DNA of 64,000 nt from contig CM075988.1 of the NCBI GenBank assembly GCA_038087875.1, positions 9,922,001-9,986,000 of the forward strand, written 5' to 3'. The notes beneath the pieces are model-generated. The model saw only the letters and a list, made by a program, of their open reading frames with translations. It was not told where the DNA came from and ran no database searches. Each line of letters opens with the position of its first letter. Positions within the stretch are counted from its first letter, which is position 1. Below are positions 13,063 through 26,394 of the stretch, in pieces. This DNA is from Malacoraja senta (Eukaryota). A program made the translations under genes and the position numbers.

Positions 13063-14476
13063 GGCCACATGGTGGTGCAGCAGTAGAGTTGCGGCCTTAA
13101 GGCTCTGTCTTACCTGTTTGCGGTCATCAGCGGTGAAGCGCGGCGTCGCCGGTAGCGAGGACCGCGCGGCAATGGCGAGAGCGTCGAGCCTATCCACCGG
13201 AGCGCCGCACGGATGCTGCGCGGGGGCTGAGTTAATTCAAACACGGCGGGTCCCACGTGTTTGCGGTAAGTAAAAAAAGGGCGAGCCGACTGCGATGACG
13301 TCGGCCCGCCGCACGTGACTCACCAGCGGTGGCTGTGGCGGCGGCCATCCCGATCGCGGCGCTGTAGCGGTGGCTGTGCCTGCGGCCGTGCAGCACACGT
13401 GCCTCACCGGCAGCGGCACGTGCGTCACTGGCGGAGGCTGTGGCAGTGGAGGTTTGACGCACGGCGCTCGAGCCATACTGGCGGCGGCCCATGCGAGCGG
13501 CCGTGCCGCACTCGTGCATCACTGGTGGAGGTTGTGCGGTGAGTATTTAGTTTTGGACATTGTCGATTTTATTTTAGCACCGCGCGGTGTTGGGAACACC
13601 GCCGCACGGCCCGGGAATTGTACTATCTCACGAGTGCGCGGTCTATGGCAGCAGATTCCTCCCGTTTCGCCGCCATAGACCGCAGACTCGTGAGACAGGC
13701 CTTTTAAAGGCCTGTCTCACGAGTCTGCGGTCATTGGCGGTGAAACAGGAAGTATCTACCGCTCGAGGACCGCCAGAGACCGCGGGTTCGGTCAAACGCA
13801 CACTGCCGGGGCCGTGCGGCGTTGGTCCCAACACCGCACGGTGCTCACAAAAAGTCAACAATGTCTAAAAATATTTTCCTACTACACAGCCACCGTCAGT
13901 GCGGCATGAGCGCCGTGAGGCGAACTTTCACCGCCACAGCCGCCGCCAGTGAGGCACGTGTGCGGCACGGCCACCGCCACAGCCCCGTGATCCAAAAGAC
14001 GTCATCCCGTAGCGCGTCGCGTTGCGCGATGACGTCATCACCCGACGCAGCAAGCTCGTGGAACCGGCTGTACGGAGATCACTCGGCCCCCGTGCAGCAT
14101 CCGTGCGGCGCTCTTGTGGTTGCCGTGCGGTCCCCTCTTCCGGCGACGCCGCGCTTCACCGCCAATGACCGCAAACCCGTGGGACAGAGCCTTTAGAGTG
14201 CCAGAGACCCAGGTTTGATCCAGACTAGGGGTGCTGTCTGTATGGAGTTTGTACGTTCTCCCCATCACTTGCGTAGGTTTTCTTCGGGTGCTCCGGTTTC
14301 CTCCCACACTCCAAAGACGTACAAGTTTGTAGGTTAATTGGCTTGCTGTCATTGAGAATTGGCCTCAGTGTGCGTAGGATAGTGTTAATGTGCAGGGATC
14401 GCTAGTTAGTGCGGAACCGGTGGGTCAAAGGGCCTGTTTCTACGCTGTATCTCTAAACTAAAGTAAATTAGACTAA
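13063..14476 (+). mobile_element. SINE interrupted by a MITE dimer
   Basis: Head at 13063-13099 continues at 14196 (GAGTGCCAGAGACCCAGG) through to the tail. Confidence 0.85.
13100..14192. mobile_element. CpG-rich PIF/Harbinger-type MITE made of two inverted units
   Basis: Outer TIRs AGGCTCTGTC..GACAGAGCCT. TTA TSD at 13097-13099 and 14193-14195. Internal pair of TIR-like ends around 13703-13707. Confidence 0.88.
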
Positions 14477-15468
14477 AGGTTCCCGACCCAAATTGTCACC
14501 TGTCCATGACCTCCACAGATGCTGCTTGACCTGCTAAATTACTTCAGCACTTTGTGTTCTATGCAACATTCCAGCATCTGTAGTTCCTTGTGTCTCTCCC
14601 TGAAAATAATGTTCTATCTAAATAAAGTATTCTTAACAAATAGTTCTTCGGGAATACTTCTACCTCAATTCCACAGGTCATACAACCAACCAAGGGAAAT
14701 AAGCAATGAGTTTGTGCTTGGCTGGGCCTCAATGTCAATAGTCTGTATGTGAGTTAAAAGATATTATGAAAGTGAGAATTTAGTGAAGGGCAAAGGAAGT
14801 GTTTAACAATGCAAGGCAGAAGCTATGATACATATGAAAATAGATACATTTAGTAATTAACTTTAATCACAAGGGATATCAATAAATTCAGTAGCAATGC
14901 CAAAATAAAGTGCTGCCAAATGCTTTACGTAACAACTTGGCATAAATGAAAAATTAATAAGAAGAGGGGATACTGAAATAAATAAATAAAAATGATTAAG
15001 GCAAATTAGTTATAAATTAACATGAAATCATGATAAATTCATCTCATATCTAAGTTAAATCATGTACATTTATTAAATCCAAAATTAAATTAAACTAATG
15101 TGCAAATAAATAAATAAATACAATAAATATAGCAGTGCAGACTGACAGAGGTGCCCTAACTGAGCTTGTTGGTTATATCTGTTGCAGATGTCCACATCTG
15201 CAGGAGAAATGTTTGCTTTTGAATTTCCTGCTCAAAGTCCTTGAGTTGAAGTGTGAGATAGCTTGACTATTGCAGTCCATTGCATAAGGCCATCAGCTGG
15301 AACAATTTTGCAGATTCTTGATTTTTCCCCCCGTGACTGTGAACATTGGCACATATTCCAGTTCCTTATTTCCTTATTTCCACTCGCAAAGGTGGCCGCA
15401 TCAGTTTTTACAGGTCACAAAACAGCCTCAGAAATATTCAACATCAAAGCAAAATAAAAATAAAAATT

Positions 15469-15760
15469 GGGCGGCACTGTACTGCAGTGGTAGAGTTGCT
15501 GCCTTGCAGCACCAGTGACCCGGGTTCAATTCTGACTATGGGTGCTGTCGGTACGGAGTTGGTACGTTCTCCCTGTGACCAAATGGGTTTTTCTTGGTGT
15601 TCCAGTTTCCTTCCACATTCCAAAGACATGCAGGTTTGTAGGTTAATTGGCTTCTGTAAATTGTCCCAAGAGTGCAGGATAGAACTAGTGTATTGTTGGT
15701 CGGTGCAGACTCAGTCGGCTGAAGGGCCTGTTTCCACATTGTATCTCTAAACTAAACTAA
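15469..15760 (+). mobile_element. tRNA-derived V-domain SINE
   Basis: Full head, central domain and CTAAA tail. Confidence 0.85.
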
Positions 15761-16066
15761 AAATAAAAATGACTTTAAAATAACATCTAAAAGGAACACA
15801 CATTTAAATGCACAGGAACAATTAAAATAAATCTCAGATTCCAAAGAAATTACTGCATTAGAGGATTGGGTTCAAGATGGTATGGAATTAGAATTAAGAT
15901 TCCCTGGCATAACTGGTAAACTGCTGAAGAGATGGCTGACCTCTTCAAACTGTTAGGCATCACAGCAAACTAACCTGGTTCCTTCACACTGATGCAGTGG
16001 TCAAGATTGTACATCGTTATATTCATTTTCTTAGCCTCCTGAGTCTGAGTCTCCTCAACTTTGAAA

Positions 16067-16442
16067 TCTCATATTTCTCTTGGGAAGCTTACAGCCCAGT
16101 GGCATGAATATTGATTTATCTAACTTCAGGTAGCCCGGCATTCCCTCTCTCTCTATCCCTCCCCCACCCAAGTTGCACTAGCTTCTTGTTTTCACCCAAC
16201 AAACAGCCTGTTTCCTTTATCATCGTTAAGTTTTTGCGTATCTTTCATTCATTGTTCTTTATCTCTCTATATCATCGTCTATATCTCACGTTTCCCTTAT
16301 CTCTAACCAGTCTGAAGAAGCGTCTTGACCCGAAATGTCACCCATTCCTTCTCTCCAGAGATGCTGCCTGTCCCGCTGAGTTACTCCATGTTTTTGTGTC
16401 AATCTTCAGTTTAAGCCAGCATCTGCTGTTCCTTCCTACACA
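16067..16442 (+). mobile_element. Penelope-like element 3' end / pseudo-LTR
   Basis: C-terminal peptide LIFLLGSLQPSGMNIDLSNFR*, followed by the repeat that also ends the Penelope at 40990-42555. Confidence 0.75.
16308..16343 (+). ncRNA. Minimal type I hammerhead ribozyme-like motif in a Penelope pseudo-LTR (representative copy)
   Basis: CTGAAGA, hairpin, GAAA, TGTC. By-eye consensus of the window copies is GTCTGAAGAAGGGTCTCGACCCGAAACGTCACC. Individual copies are CpG-decayed. Confidence 0.55.
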
Positions 16443-17117
16443 GAGAAGAAGTCTGGCTGCTTTGTTCGTACATAAGTTTGGGGTAGAACAATGCTGTAAC
16501 CATCCTCTGATTCTGTGGTTCCATCCTCAGTGCCCTGGGGCTGTTCTGTGACCTGTAACAACTGCTGCAACCAACTTTGCAAATGAAAGTAAGGAAATAT
16601 GTGAATACGTGTCGATGTTCACAGTTAGTGGGGGAAAAAACGAGGCATGTGACTTTCCAGATAAATTATATAATGAACCGACATTAACAGGATTGCAATT
16701 GATATTTAGATTAATGACTGACAATTCCCAGACCTTATATTTTTTAAGGAACTAGTGGAAGAAATTATGCTTTGGCCATAAACTTCCAGAGCTCTCTCAA
16801 TTCAGTTGTCGTCCCTTTAGATTGCAAATCTATTTATTATTTAAGAAATGTGTGGGAGAGAAACCAGAAAATTGTAAACTGTTAAATGAACATCTGGTGC
16901 GTGGAAGTTACTGGCATCTATAATGAAGGTCTGAGCGCACTTAGATAAAAGTATAATAATTAGAGTGATGTTTAAAGAACAGTCTGGATTTGAGACAGTA
17001 ATTATTAGAGCCAAAAAAAACCCAAAGTGTGTCAAAGGATCAAATTTCAGAAGACATCCAGAAGACATTGCTTAAGGCTTCATATTAAAGCTAAAATTAT
17101 GTTTTGATTTATTGAAG

Positions 17118-17800
17118 AATCCATAACTCCCTGAAAGTGGCAATAGAAATTGATAGAGTGGTGAAGAAGGCATATTGGTATGCTTACCTTCATCGGTCAG
17201 AGCATTGAGCATAAGAGTCAGGAAGCCATGATGCAGCTTCATAGCACTTTGATTGGGCCGCATTTGGAATATTGTGTGCAGTTCTGGTTGTCTCATTACA
17301 GTACTAATGTGGAGGCTTTGGAAAGGATGCAGAAGGGATTTACCAGAATATTGCCTGGATTTGGGGTTAATAGATAAGGGAGAGGCTGGTTGGACTCATT
17401 TAGATTGTTTTCTCTGGAGCACCAAAGGGTGAGGGGAGACCTGAGAGAAGTATATATAATTCTGAGAAGCATAGATAGGATAGAGAGTCTGAACCTTTAT
17501 TCCAGGATGGTAAAGCCAAATACCAGAGGGCATTGCTTTAGGGTGAGAGGGGCAAAGTTTAAAGGAGATGTGCGGGCCAAGTTGTTTTACACAGAGGGTG
17601 GTGAATGCCTGGAACATGCTGCTAGGATTGGTGGTTGAGGTATATATGATAGGGAGGCATTTGGATAGGCACATGGATATGTAGGAAATGGAGGGATATC
17701 GATTATGCACAGGTAGATGAAAGATGGAGTTGATGTTATGTTTGGCACAGATATTGAGGCTGAAGGGCCTGTTCTTGTGCTGTAGTGTTCTATGTTCCAT
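17118..17800 (+). mobile_element. Decayed CR1 LINE 3' fragment
   Basis: ORF pieces PHLEYCVQFW and TRGH, plus CR1-type 3' UTR. Confidence 0.8.
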
Positions 17801-18259
17801 TAAGTTTATTGAGCAGGTTGGAGACTGGTTGACTGGCAGACTGCAATGGAGGGTTGACACTTCACATTGGCCTTGGCCAGTGTCACAACTATTGACTAAA
17901 TTAATAATGACCAATAGTATGATGTATGCCCATGTTTACTGTTGACTGAGTTTAAGCTAACTCTCAAAGAACACTGAGAACTGATATAATCAATATAATC
18001 AGTCACTTTTTCTCATTGACTTTCTTTTGACAGCTACCTTTGGCTATTCAGCACTGTGACCGTGCACAAAATGTGTTGAAACTGCAGCTGTTGGTTTACA
18101 CCGAAGATAGACACTAAATGCTGGAGTAACTCAATGGGTCAGGCAGCATCTCTGGAGAAAAGGAATATGCGACGTTTCGGTTCAGAATCCTTGTTCAACC
18201 TGTTAGGCTGAAGAATGGTTGTGACCCAAAATGTCACCTATGCCCTTTCCCCAGAGATG

Positions 18260-18352
18260 CATCTCTCTCTCCATCTCTCTCTCTCCATCTCTCTCTCCAT
18301 CTCTCTCTCCATCTCTCTCTCTCTCTTTCTCTTTCTCTTTTTCTCTTTTTCT
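18260..18352. repeat. (CT)n/CCAT polypyrimidine simple repeat
   Basis: Directly visible. Confidence 0.85.
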
Positions 18353-20940
18353 TAACAGTCTTTGCATGAAGAGACCAGCCTCAGTGTTTCCAACTGCGCC
18401 ACAAAACTAAGCAAGTAGAAGTCAGTCCGTTACCTCAGGAATTGACAAATTTAAATTAGGAGCGAATGAGCCTATTCAGTAAACATATATTGTACTGCTG
18501 CTGTGAATCCTCTGCATAATCAAGTGAACCAATATCTCTGGAAACTTCATTACTCTGGTTGGAATAACAAAATTGAAATCCACTTACTCATCACTGCACT
18601 GAAGAAAGCAGGATGAAAATTTGGAACTTTATATTGATTCCAGCGACATTAATAGAAAGAACACAGCATTCACACCACCGATTTCAGTAATTGAATAACA
18701 TTGAAATTCATGACCTGTAGAACCGAGTGAAGAGAAAGCATATTATCCAATCTCTGTTTTAATGGACAGGGGACTGCTCAGCATATCAGGAGACTCAAAG
18801 TACCTAAAATAATGAGTCTAAGTTCCATTTTGTCAGGATGGATGAGCCAAACGGTTTTCAAATATCCTTCGAAAATTACGTGGAGACGTCTCAACGATGT
18901 GTATCGAGATTGATAGATTCTTGATTATTACAGGTGTCAGGGGTTATGGGGAGAAGGCAGCAGAATGAGGTTGAGAGTGAAAGATGGATCAACCTTGATT
19001 GAACGGCGGAATAGACTAATGGCCTAATTCTGCTCCTATGCCTTTTGAACCTATGAACTTATATCAATGAGGTGAAGTGTTCCAGATGAATTCGGAAATA
19101 TTATTATCTGAGGTATAGGGAACACAAAGAGCAGACCAAGATGGAAGGAACACTGAATGAATCGTTATGAAGAGATAAAGAGGGGAAATGAAGAATTATG
19201 ATTGAATGCAAGAAGTTAGTGGAGTGGGGATTCCAGATTATTTGCAGCTAAATGCTTTATTCACACCAGTGCTACTCAACATTCAACAATTTTTGTCATG
19301 GTCTTCCTCAGTCAACTCATGAACATCAGTCAAATTTATTTTGACCATATATTCTGCCCACATCTAAATTCACTCAAGTCCCAGTTAACCCATCACCCAT
19401 ACACTTCCAGACCTACATCGGCACAAGGTTATTATCAACCCTTACCATGGGATGCCCCTTTCACCCTCTAAACTCTTCCAAGTCTTCAACTCTCTGAGTT
19501 GTCTACAATCCTTTTAATTATAACCCCCACTTGAAGAATCCTTCATTTAACTGCTACACGATTCTCAGCAACGCCCTCAACTATTAAGGCCTCAAGGAAA
19601 ATTTCATCAAATCTCTCTAGCTGTCTTTTGTCTCTTAATGCCCCTTTAATACCTATGAGCAAATACTTGGCAATGTGCTCTAGGCATTGATTTTGAACAA
19701 TATTTTGCTTACCAGTATAAGTGGAGAACTCTCAACTATGAAGATTGAGATGTAAAGATGTGAATGTACTGGATGAGATCCAGTTCTCCCCCCAGTCCCC
19801 CCTCCAACACCCCCCCCCCCACACCCCCATCCTAAAGACATGTGACTTGGTGGGTGAATTAGCCTCTGTAATTTTCACGACAAGTATAAGTGAATGGTGG
19901 AATCTATGGGGAGCTGATGGGAATGTGGGGAGACTAAAAGCACGAGGATACTGTAAGTGTTTGATGGTGTTCTGACTGGTTAGCATGCAACAAAAATACT
20001 TTCATTGTAGCTGAGTACACGTGTCAATAAACAAATCTAACCAACTACTTTAAATGTATGGATGACTAATTGAGTCACTTAAGCAAGGAGAGCTGTGGAC
20101 CAAGTGCGGGGAGATGGGTTTGTAGAGCTATTAACAAAAACTCCAAGCAACGATCCAACAAGTTAATTACAATATTATAAAGTTACACTGCATGTTGTCA
20201 CCACTGTGACTACATCCCGACTAACCTCTAGTGCTGGAAACGTTAGTAATATATGGTGACTGTATGGCAAAACCTGGACTGGATTATAGATCCGAGTGGT
20301 GTGTAACATATGTGTGTTAGTATTAGGTAGAGCAGAACTACAGGGTTTAATATGGGAAGATGCCCACAAGATGGCACAGATGATTTAGGCCACATGGTCT
20401 GTTTCCATGCTGGACTACTGTATAATGTCATGACATTCTGTCACACAAGATGCACATCCTTTGAAGTAAAGTCACTCTTGCAACTTTGGACACCTGGTAA
20501 CCAATTTACTGAGAGTAAGCTCCCATAATCAGTGAGGCAACTCTGACCAGTTGGTCTGTATTTAAAGGTTTTATGTTAAGGGACTGGAAACTACTGGCAG
20601 CATCCATCTCTAATATGAAACAGTGCCTTAAAATCTCCTGCACCCTCTGGAGTGAGCAGATGGAGCGTCATTTTATCAGTTCAGTTAAAAAAATACAGTA
20701 CCTGAGTAAATTACCATATTACCTAAATTTAAATTAGCATTTTTCCTGTAGCTTTGCTCAAGGCAAATTGGACATGTTATAAGACATGTTATAGATTAGG
20801 AGTAAATAATGGAAAAGTTCTTTTAACGTGATCCTGTTAGAAATCATGGGCCAAGCAGCACCCAGTGGAATACTGTCTGGCACACTTCTGTGTGTGCATC
20901 ACTTTAGCACATCCAAGGATTTCCCAAAGGAAGGGGTAAC

Positions 20941-21124
20941 TGCTGGAGTAACTCAACAGGTCAGGCAGCATCTCTGAAGAGAAGGAATGTGTGATGTTTC
21001 GGATCGAGACCCTTCTTCAGACTGAAGAATCTGGTTCAGACATCAGTCTGAAGAAGGGTCTCGACCCGAAGGATCTCGCCAGAGATGCTGCCTGTCCCGC
21101 TGAGTTACTCCAGCATTTTGTGTT
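20941..21124. repeat. Inverted pair of Penelope pseudo-LTR fragments (palindromic unit)
   Basis: 20941-21024 is the reverse complement of 21044-21115, apart from a deletion in the right arm. Confidence 0.8.
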
Positions 21125-21477
21125 TATGCAGGGAGTAGACGGATATGGATCATGTACAGACAGATGAGACCAGTTTAACTAGGGATCGTGTTCAGCACAG
21201 ACCTTGTGGGTTGAAGGGCCCGTTTCTGTGCTGTACTATTCTATGGTCTAGATCTGATGATGCCTTTCCTAATGACCAGTATGAACGACGTGACAGCTAT
21301 TCCTTTTCTCCAGAGTTACTCCAGCTTTTTGTGACTGTCTTCGGGAAACAAAACAAATCCTGTTTTCACACACGATTCTCTGTGCAAACCATCATTGTGC
21401 TCCCTCTCGTCTCCTTTGTTCTATTTCACAGATGTTTGCAGGAGATCAGAGTAGGCATTAGTGCTGTGGGCAACAGG

Positions 21478-21795
21478 TTTAGTTTAGTTTAATTTAGAGG
21501 TACAGCGTGGAAACAGACCCTTCGGCCCACCTAGTCCAGGTCGACCAGCGATCCCTGCACATTAACACTATGCTACACACACTAGGGGAAATCTAGATAT
21601 ACACGGCCAAATATCCTACATACCTGTATGTTTTTGGCGTGTGGGAGGAAACCGAAGATCTCTGAAAAAACCCACGCTGGGGAGAATGTACAAATTCCCT
21701 ACAGACAGCACCCGTAGTCGGGATCGAATCCAGGTCTCCGGCATTGCAAACACTGTAAGGGAGCAACTCTACCGCTGCACCACCGTGACGCCCCA
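21478..21795 (-). mobile_element. tRNA-derived V-domain SINE
   Basis: Complete antisense copy with (TTTAG)n at its left. Confidence 0.85.
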
Positions 21796-24364
21796 GCTGC
21801 TCCACACCAAATGTTTTGAGGCATTTATGTTAATGTAGGCCACAGAATATGCAAAGCATCATTTAATCATTAACTTGGAGCTAAATTGGCCTAACTTTTA
21901 AAAGACTAATGCTCTTGTTGCAGCATTAGCCCTGAGGGTAGCTCTAATTAATAGTCATGAGGCAATTTTGGAGACTGGAGTTCCAGATGAAACTAGTGTC
22001 AAATTTACATTGATAAGACAGGTTTGGAGGGATGTGGGCCAAATGCGGTCACGTGGGATTAGTGTAGCTGGGACATGTTGGCCGAAGGCCTTGTGGGCAA
22101 GTTTGGCCGAAGGCCTCGTTTCCACACTACATGACACTCTACGACTCTAAATGGTTGTATTCCAGTCTGTTGTTTTCTCTGAAGCATCTTATCAGATTGT
22201 TTTTAACTCTTTTGACACGCTATATAGTGTAGCCTCAAATTTTTTATTATCTGCATTCTGAAAACCCAGTTGGTATTGAATGTGTAATGATATGACATGT
22301 AGATTTTTTTATTCAAACCTAAATTTATTATTTACAAACAAGGAACTGAAACAAAAGGGACACAAAGTGCTGGAGTAACTCAGCAGCTCAGGCAGGAAGG
22401 GTCTGGACCTGAAACGTCTCCTATCCATGTTCTCTAGAGGTGCTGCCTGACCTGCTGAGTTACTCCAGCACTTGGTGTCTTTTTTAGATTTATTATTACT
22501 GTAAATAGACACAAAATGATGGAGTAACTCAGCCCATCGACTCTTCTTCAGACTGAAAGGAGGGGGAGACATAGAGATATGGACGGGTAATGTGTGAAAT
22601 TGAAGGATCAAAGACAATGTAGAATAGATCATTGTTAGCTGAAGGGAAGATGACAATGAGGCATACAATCATTAAAATGTAATCAGGAACAGTCAAAATA
22701 ATCAGAGAATCAGGATGGGGGAGGGATATGTCTGTAATATTGACTTGCAAAGACAAAAGCCATTTGAAGTCATCAGGTGTCCTGATGCACTTCGATTGTT
22801 CAATTCAGCTATAAGAAGCTGCAGGAAGTCTAAGACATTATTTGTGCAGCTCAACAAATGCATCTTTCTGGTCAGACACTCACCAACGAATTAAATTCAT
22901 GAAAGCAACAATTAGCTGGCAACTAAAAATCTTTAACACAGTGATGCAAGAAACTAATTAATAGTGGATGTTTTAACTGACTTACAAACACAACAACACA
23001 AATTCAAAAATAAAACAAATCGATAAGCAATGAACTGAACTAAATTTAGTGAGAACCAGGTGAACAGTTGAACTGTGCCCACAACTTGCTAGTTCATCAT
23101 CACCGGTTCATGCTGGCAGCTCCCCATAGAGCAAGTTCCTGGATATGGCTCATTGCCCAGAGTCACAGTCTGTGGATCTCACCTGCCTGCACTTACCAGC
23201 AATGGATGTGGAGGATTGGTCTCACTGATCCTCACACCTTCATCCCTGACAAAAGGATCACAGCAGTGATGAGGCTTCAGGTAATGTAGGGCAGAAGACT
23301 TTGCCCTCCAGACCTCCCCTGACAAAAGGCAAAGCTGGAGTCATAGTATCAGGTTCTGTCAAAACTGTGAGACCTGTTAATGGCTTTAAAAAGTCTTTAA
23401 TGCTTAGAGCAGTTAGATCACATGCAATCCATGAGTTGCCAGAGAGTGAAGAAGGGTCTCGTTGAAATGTCACCTATCCCTTTTCTCCTGCGATACTACT
23501 TGACATGTTGAATTATTCCAGCACATTGTGTCTTTCGTTGGTATAAACCACCTACAGTTCCTTCCTATCACAGGGACTGACCGGTAGGAGGGTGAACGGG
23601 GATAATGCCTGCAGCGGCGTCAAGGTCAGCTGCGAGAGACATCCCCGGTCTGCAGGAACGGCTCCAGTACATCGGCTCCAGTACATCGAAAGCGCAGATC
23701 GACCAGTCTTTGAATAACGGCACCAAAAATGACAGCCCCTGCATGTGTAATATATGCAATAAGAATTTCACTGAGCAGTTACATATGTGACAAATAAAGA
23801 ACCATTGAACCATTGTGTTTGTGGTTTGTAATCTAACTCGGGCAACAGCAGTTTCAGGTTGTGAAGAATGCGAGACATTTTTAATCTTACCCAAGTGAAC
23901 CAAGCTGACATTGGAATCAAGCGGCATTAGATTTCTTCAAGGGCATGCTTCACTCTCCACGGTCAGCTTGGTCTTTCACAACCATTTGACAATCTATTTA
24001 CAGTGATGGCGTGAAGTGACAAGGTTTTTGTGTAAATTCTCATTTTAATCCATTAAAAAAAGGAAACGGTGTTTATGTAGTTCATTTCATGGCCAAAAAG
24101 CACTGCACAGCCAGTCTGAAGAAGGGTCTTGACCCAAAATGTCACCCATTCCTTCTCTCCAGAGATGCTGCCTGTTACTCCAGCTTTTTGTGTTGATCTT
24201 CGATTTAAACCAGCATCTGCAGTTCCTTCCTATACATAATTAATGTTTTATATACAGTATGTCTATGGAATTGTGAAGTGATACATAATAAAATAAAGAA
24301 TATGTTTGACAAGGAACAGAGCTGGCAATATGACAAAACCAAGTATTGCTTGCAATTTCTATTT

Positions 24365-24678
24365 TAGATTAGTTTAGTTTAGAGATTAGAAGTACAGCAT
24401 GGAAACAGGCACATCAGCCCACTGACAACCGATCACCTGTTCACACTAGTTCTATGTTATCCCACTCACACATCCATTACCACACATTAGTGCCATCATA
24501 CAGAAGCCAATTAACTGAGAAACCTACACATCTGAGATTTAGGAGATTTAGGAGCACCCAGAGAAAACCCACGTGGTCACAGGGAGAACGTACAAACTCC
24601 ACACAGGCAGCAACCCAGACTCAGGTTCAAAGCCGGGTCTCTGGGATGTGAGGCTGCAACTCTACCACTGTGCCACCC
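24365..24678 (-). mobile_element. tRNA-derived V-domain SINE (older)
   Basis: Antisense copy with deletions. Confidence 0.75.
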
Positions 24679-24830
24679 TAATTCCTTGGATTTTTTTTTT
24701 TTTAAATATCAAGCTTGGAAATGTAAAATAAGAATTAATTGAAAGTATTAAGTTGATTCATAAATGAAAAGTAAAATGTGTAGCCCAGAAATGTGAAATT
24801 AGAAATCTCACACTTAAATTCCTCAAAAGG

Positions 24831-26331
24831 GCAGAGGATGGGTTTCGCTATCTCGGCGTTTTTATCACAATACCCTTATCTGATATGTTCTGCACAAACT
24901 TTTTGCCTCGGGTTGAGAAAGCCGAAAAAGATTTTAATCGCTGGTCAGTCTTACCTCTATCCCTCGTGGGCCGGATAAATCTGGTTAAGATGGTTGTCCT
25001 ACCCAAATTACTGTATCTTTTCCAGCATGTCCCCATACTTATCACCAAATCTTTTTTTGACAAATTAGAAAGGACAATATCTAAATTCTTATGGGGTAGC
25101 AAACCGGTCAGAATCCGAAAGGCGATACTGCAGTCGCCTAAGAGTGATGGCGGTTTGACCCTCCCTGATTTTAGGCGATACTACTGGGCAGCTAACTTGC
25201 AAAAACTCCTGTATTGGATGAATGTTGATTGCGAGCACCCACCGATCTGGGTATATATGGAAAAGGCGAGTTCACGTCTCCCATTGCGGTCTGTCCTATG
25301 CTTCCAACTCCCCCTTTCTATAACATCTGTGGGTGCAGGCCCAATTGTGTCCCTTTCGCTCAAGATATGGAGTCAATTTAGGAAAAACCTCGGTTTACAG
25401 GGTCCTTCCATCTTGACCCCACTGCTTAAAAATCACATTTTTAAACCTTCAAGTATAGACCACGCATTTAAAACCTGGCATAGCAATGGCATCAGTAGTA
25501 TCAAAAACCTATATAAGGATGGTATCTTCTCATCTTTCGCGGAGCTCTCCTCTAACTACAACCTCCCAAATTCCCACCTTTTTGGGTTTTTCCAGATTAG
25601 GGATTTTGTGAAGAAGACATTTCCCTACTTCCCAAATCGCCCTCCTGAAACCCTGACTGATATCATCTTAGCTTTAGACCCCAATCGGAAGAAATGCATC
25701 TCTATTTTGTATAATTTGCTAGGGTCGGTTTTATTAAAACCTCATACCTCATTAAAAGCTGCATGGGAGGGAGAGCTGAATACGCAATTAACAGACCAGC
25801 AATGGGACTCTGCCTTGTATTTGATCCACTCTTCTTCCATATGCGCTCGTCATGGCCTAATCCAATGCAAAGTCCTTTACAAAGTCCACTATACAAATGC
25901 AAGATTAGTTAGAATGTACCCAGCTGTCAATGATACCTGTAACAGATGTAGTCAATCTCCTGCCAACCATAGCCACATGTTTTGGTCTTGCCCTTAGCTA
26001 GCAGCCTTTTGGAGGAGTGCTTTTGAATTGATAAGCAGAGCTTATGACCAGACTATTCTTCCAAATCCAATGTCAGCCATTTTCGGTACCCCTCCCAGTA
26101 CCAACCTCGCTGTTGCGGTGAAACGGGTCCTAGCTTTTACAACCTTGTTAGCCCAGAGACTGATCTTGCTTAGTTGGAGGCTCACCTGTCCCCCGACACA
26201 CGCCCATTGGATTAAGGAGGTGCTTTACAATCTGAAACTTGAAAAACTTAGGTTCTCTATCAAAGGCTCTACCAAGACATTCCTAGATACACGGAACCCT
26301 TTCTTTGAACTGGTTAACTCTCTTACCTTGT
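24831..26331 (+). mobile_element. L1-clade LINE ORF2 C-terminal half (end of RT to zinc knuckle), truncated at both ends
   Basis: GFRYLGVFIT, LSLVGRINLVKMVVLPKLLY, GGLTLPDFRRYYWA and the CNRC..HMFWSC knuckle. One frameshift and one premature stop (25995-25997). No poly(A) tail. Confidence 0.9.
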
Positions 26332-26394
26332 CGGTAACAATTGATTTGAATAATCAAAACAAACAGTAACCGCTCTATCCCAGGGAAAACTAAA

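Noticed and set aside
13000..14352. Cluster of GC-rich ORFs and a possible CpG-island promoter
   Set aside because: Confined to a TSD-bounded MITE, with no recognisable protein motifs.
14677..14748. Possible 72-nt plus-strand exon (CACAG|G..AT|GTGAGT, one open frame)
   Set aside because: Peptide not recognised and no partner exons found. Consistent with chance.
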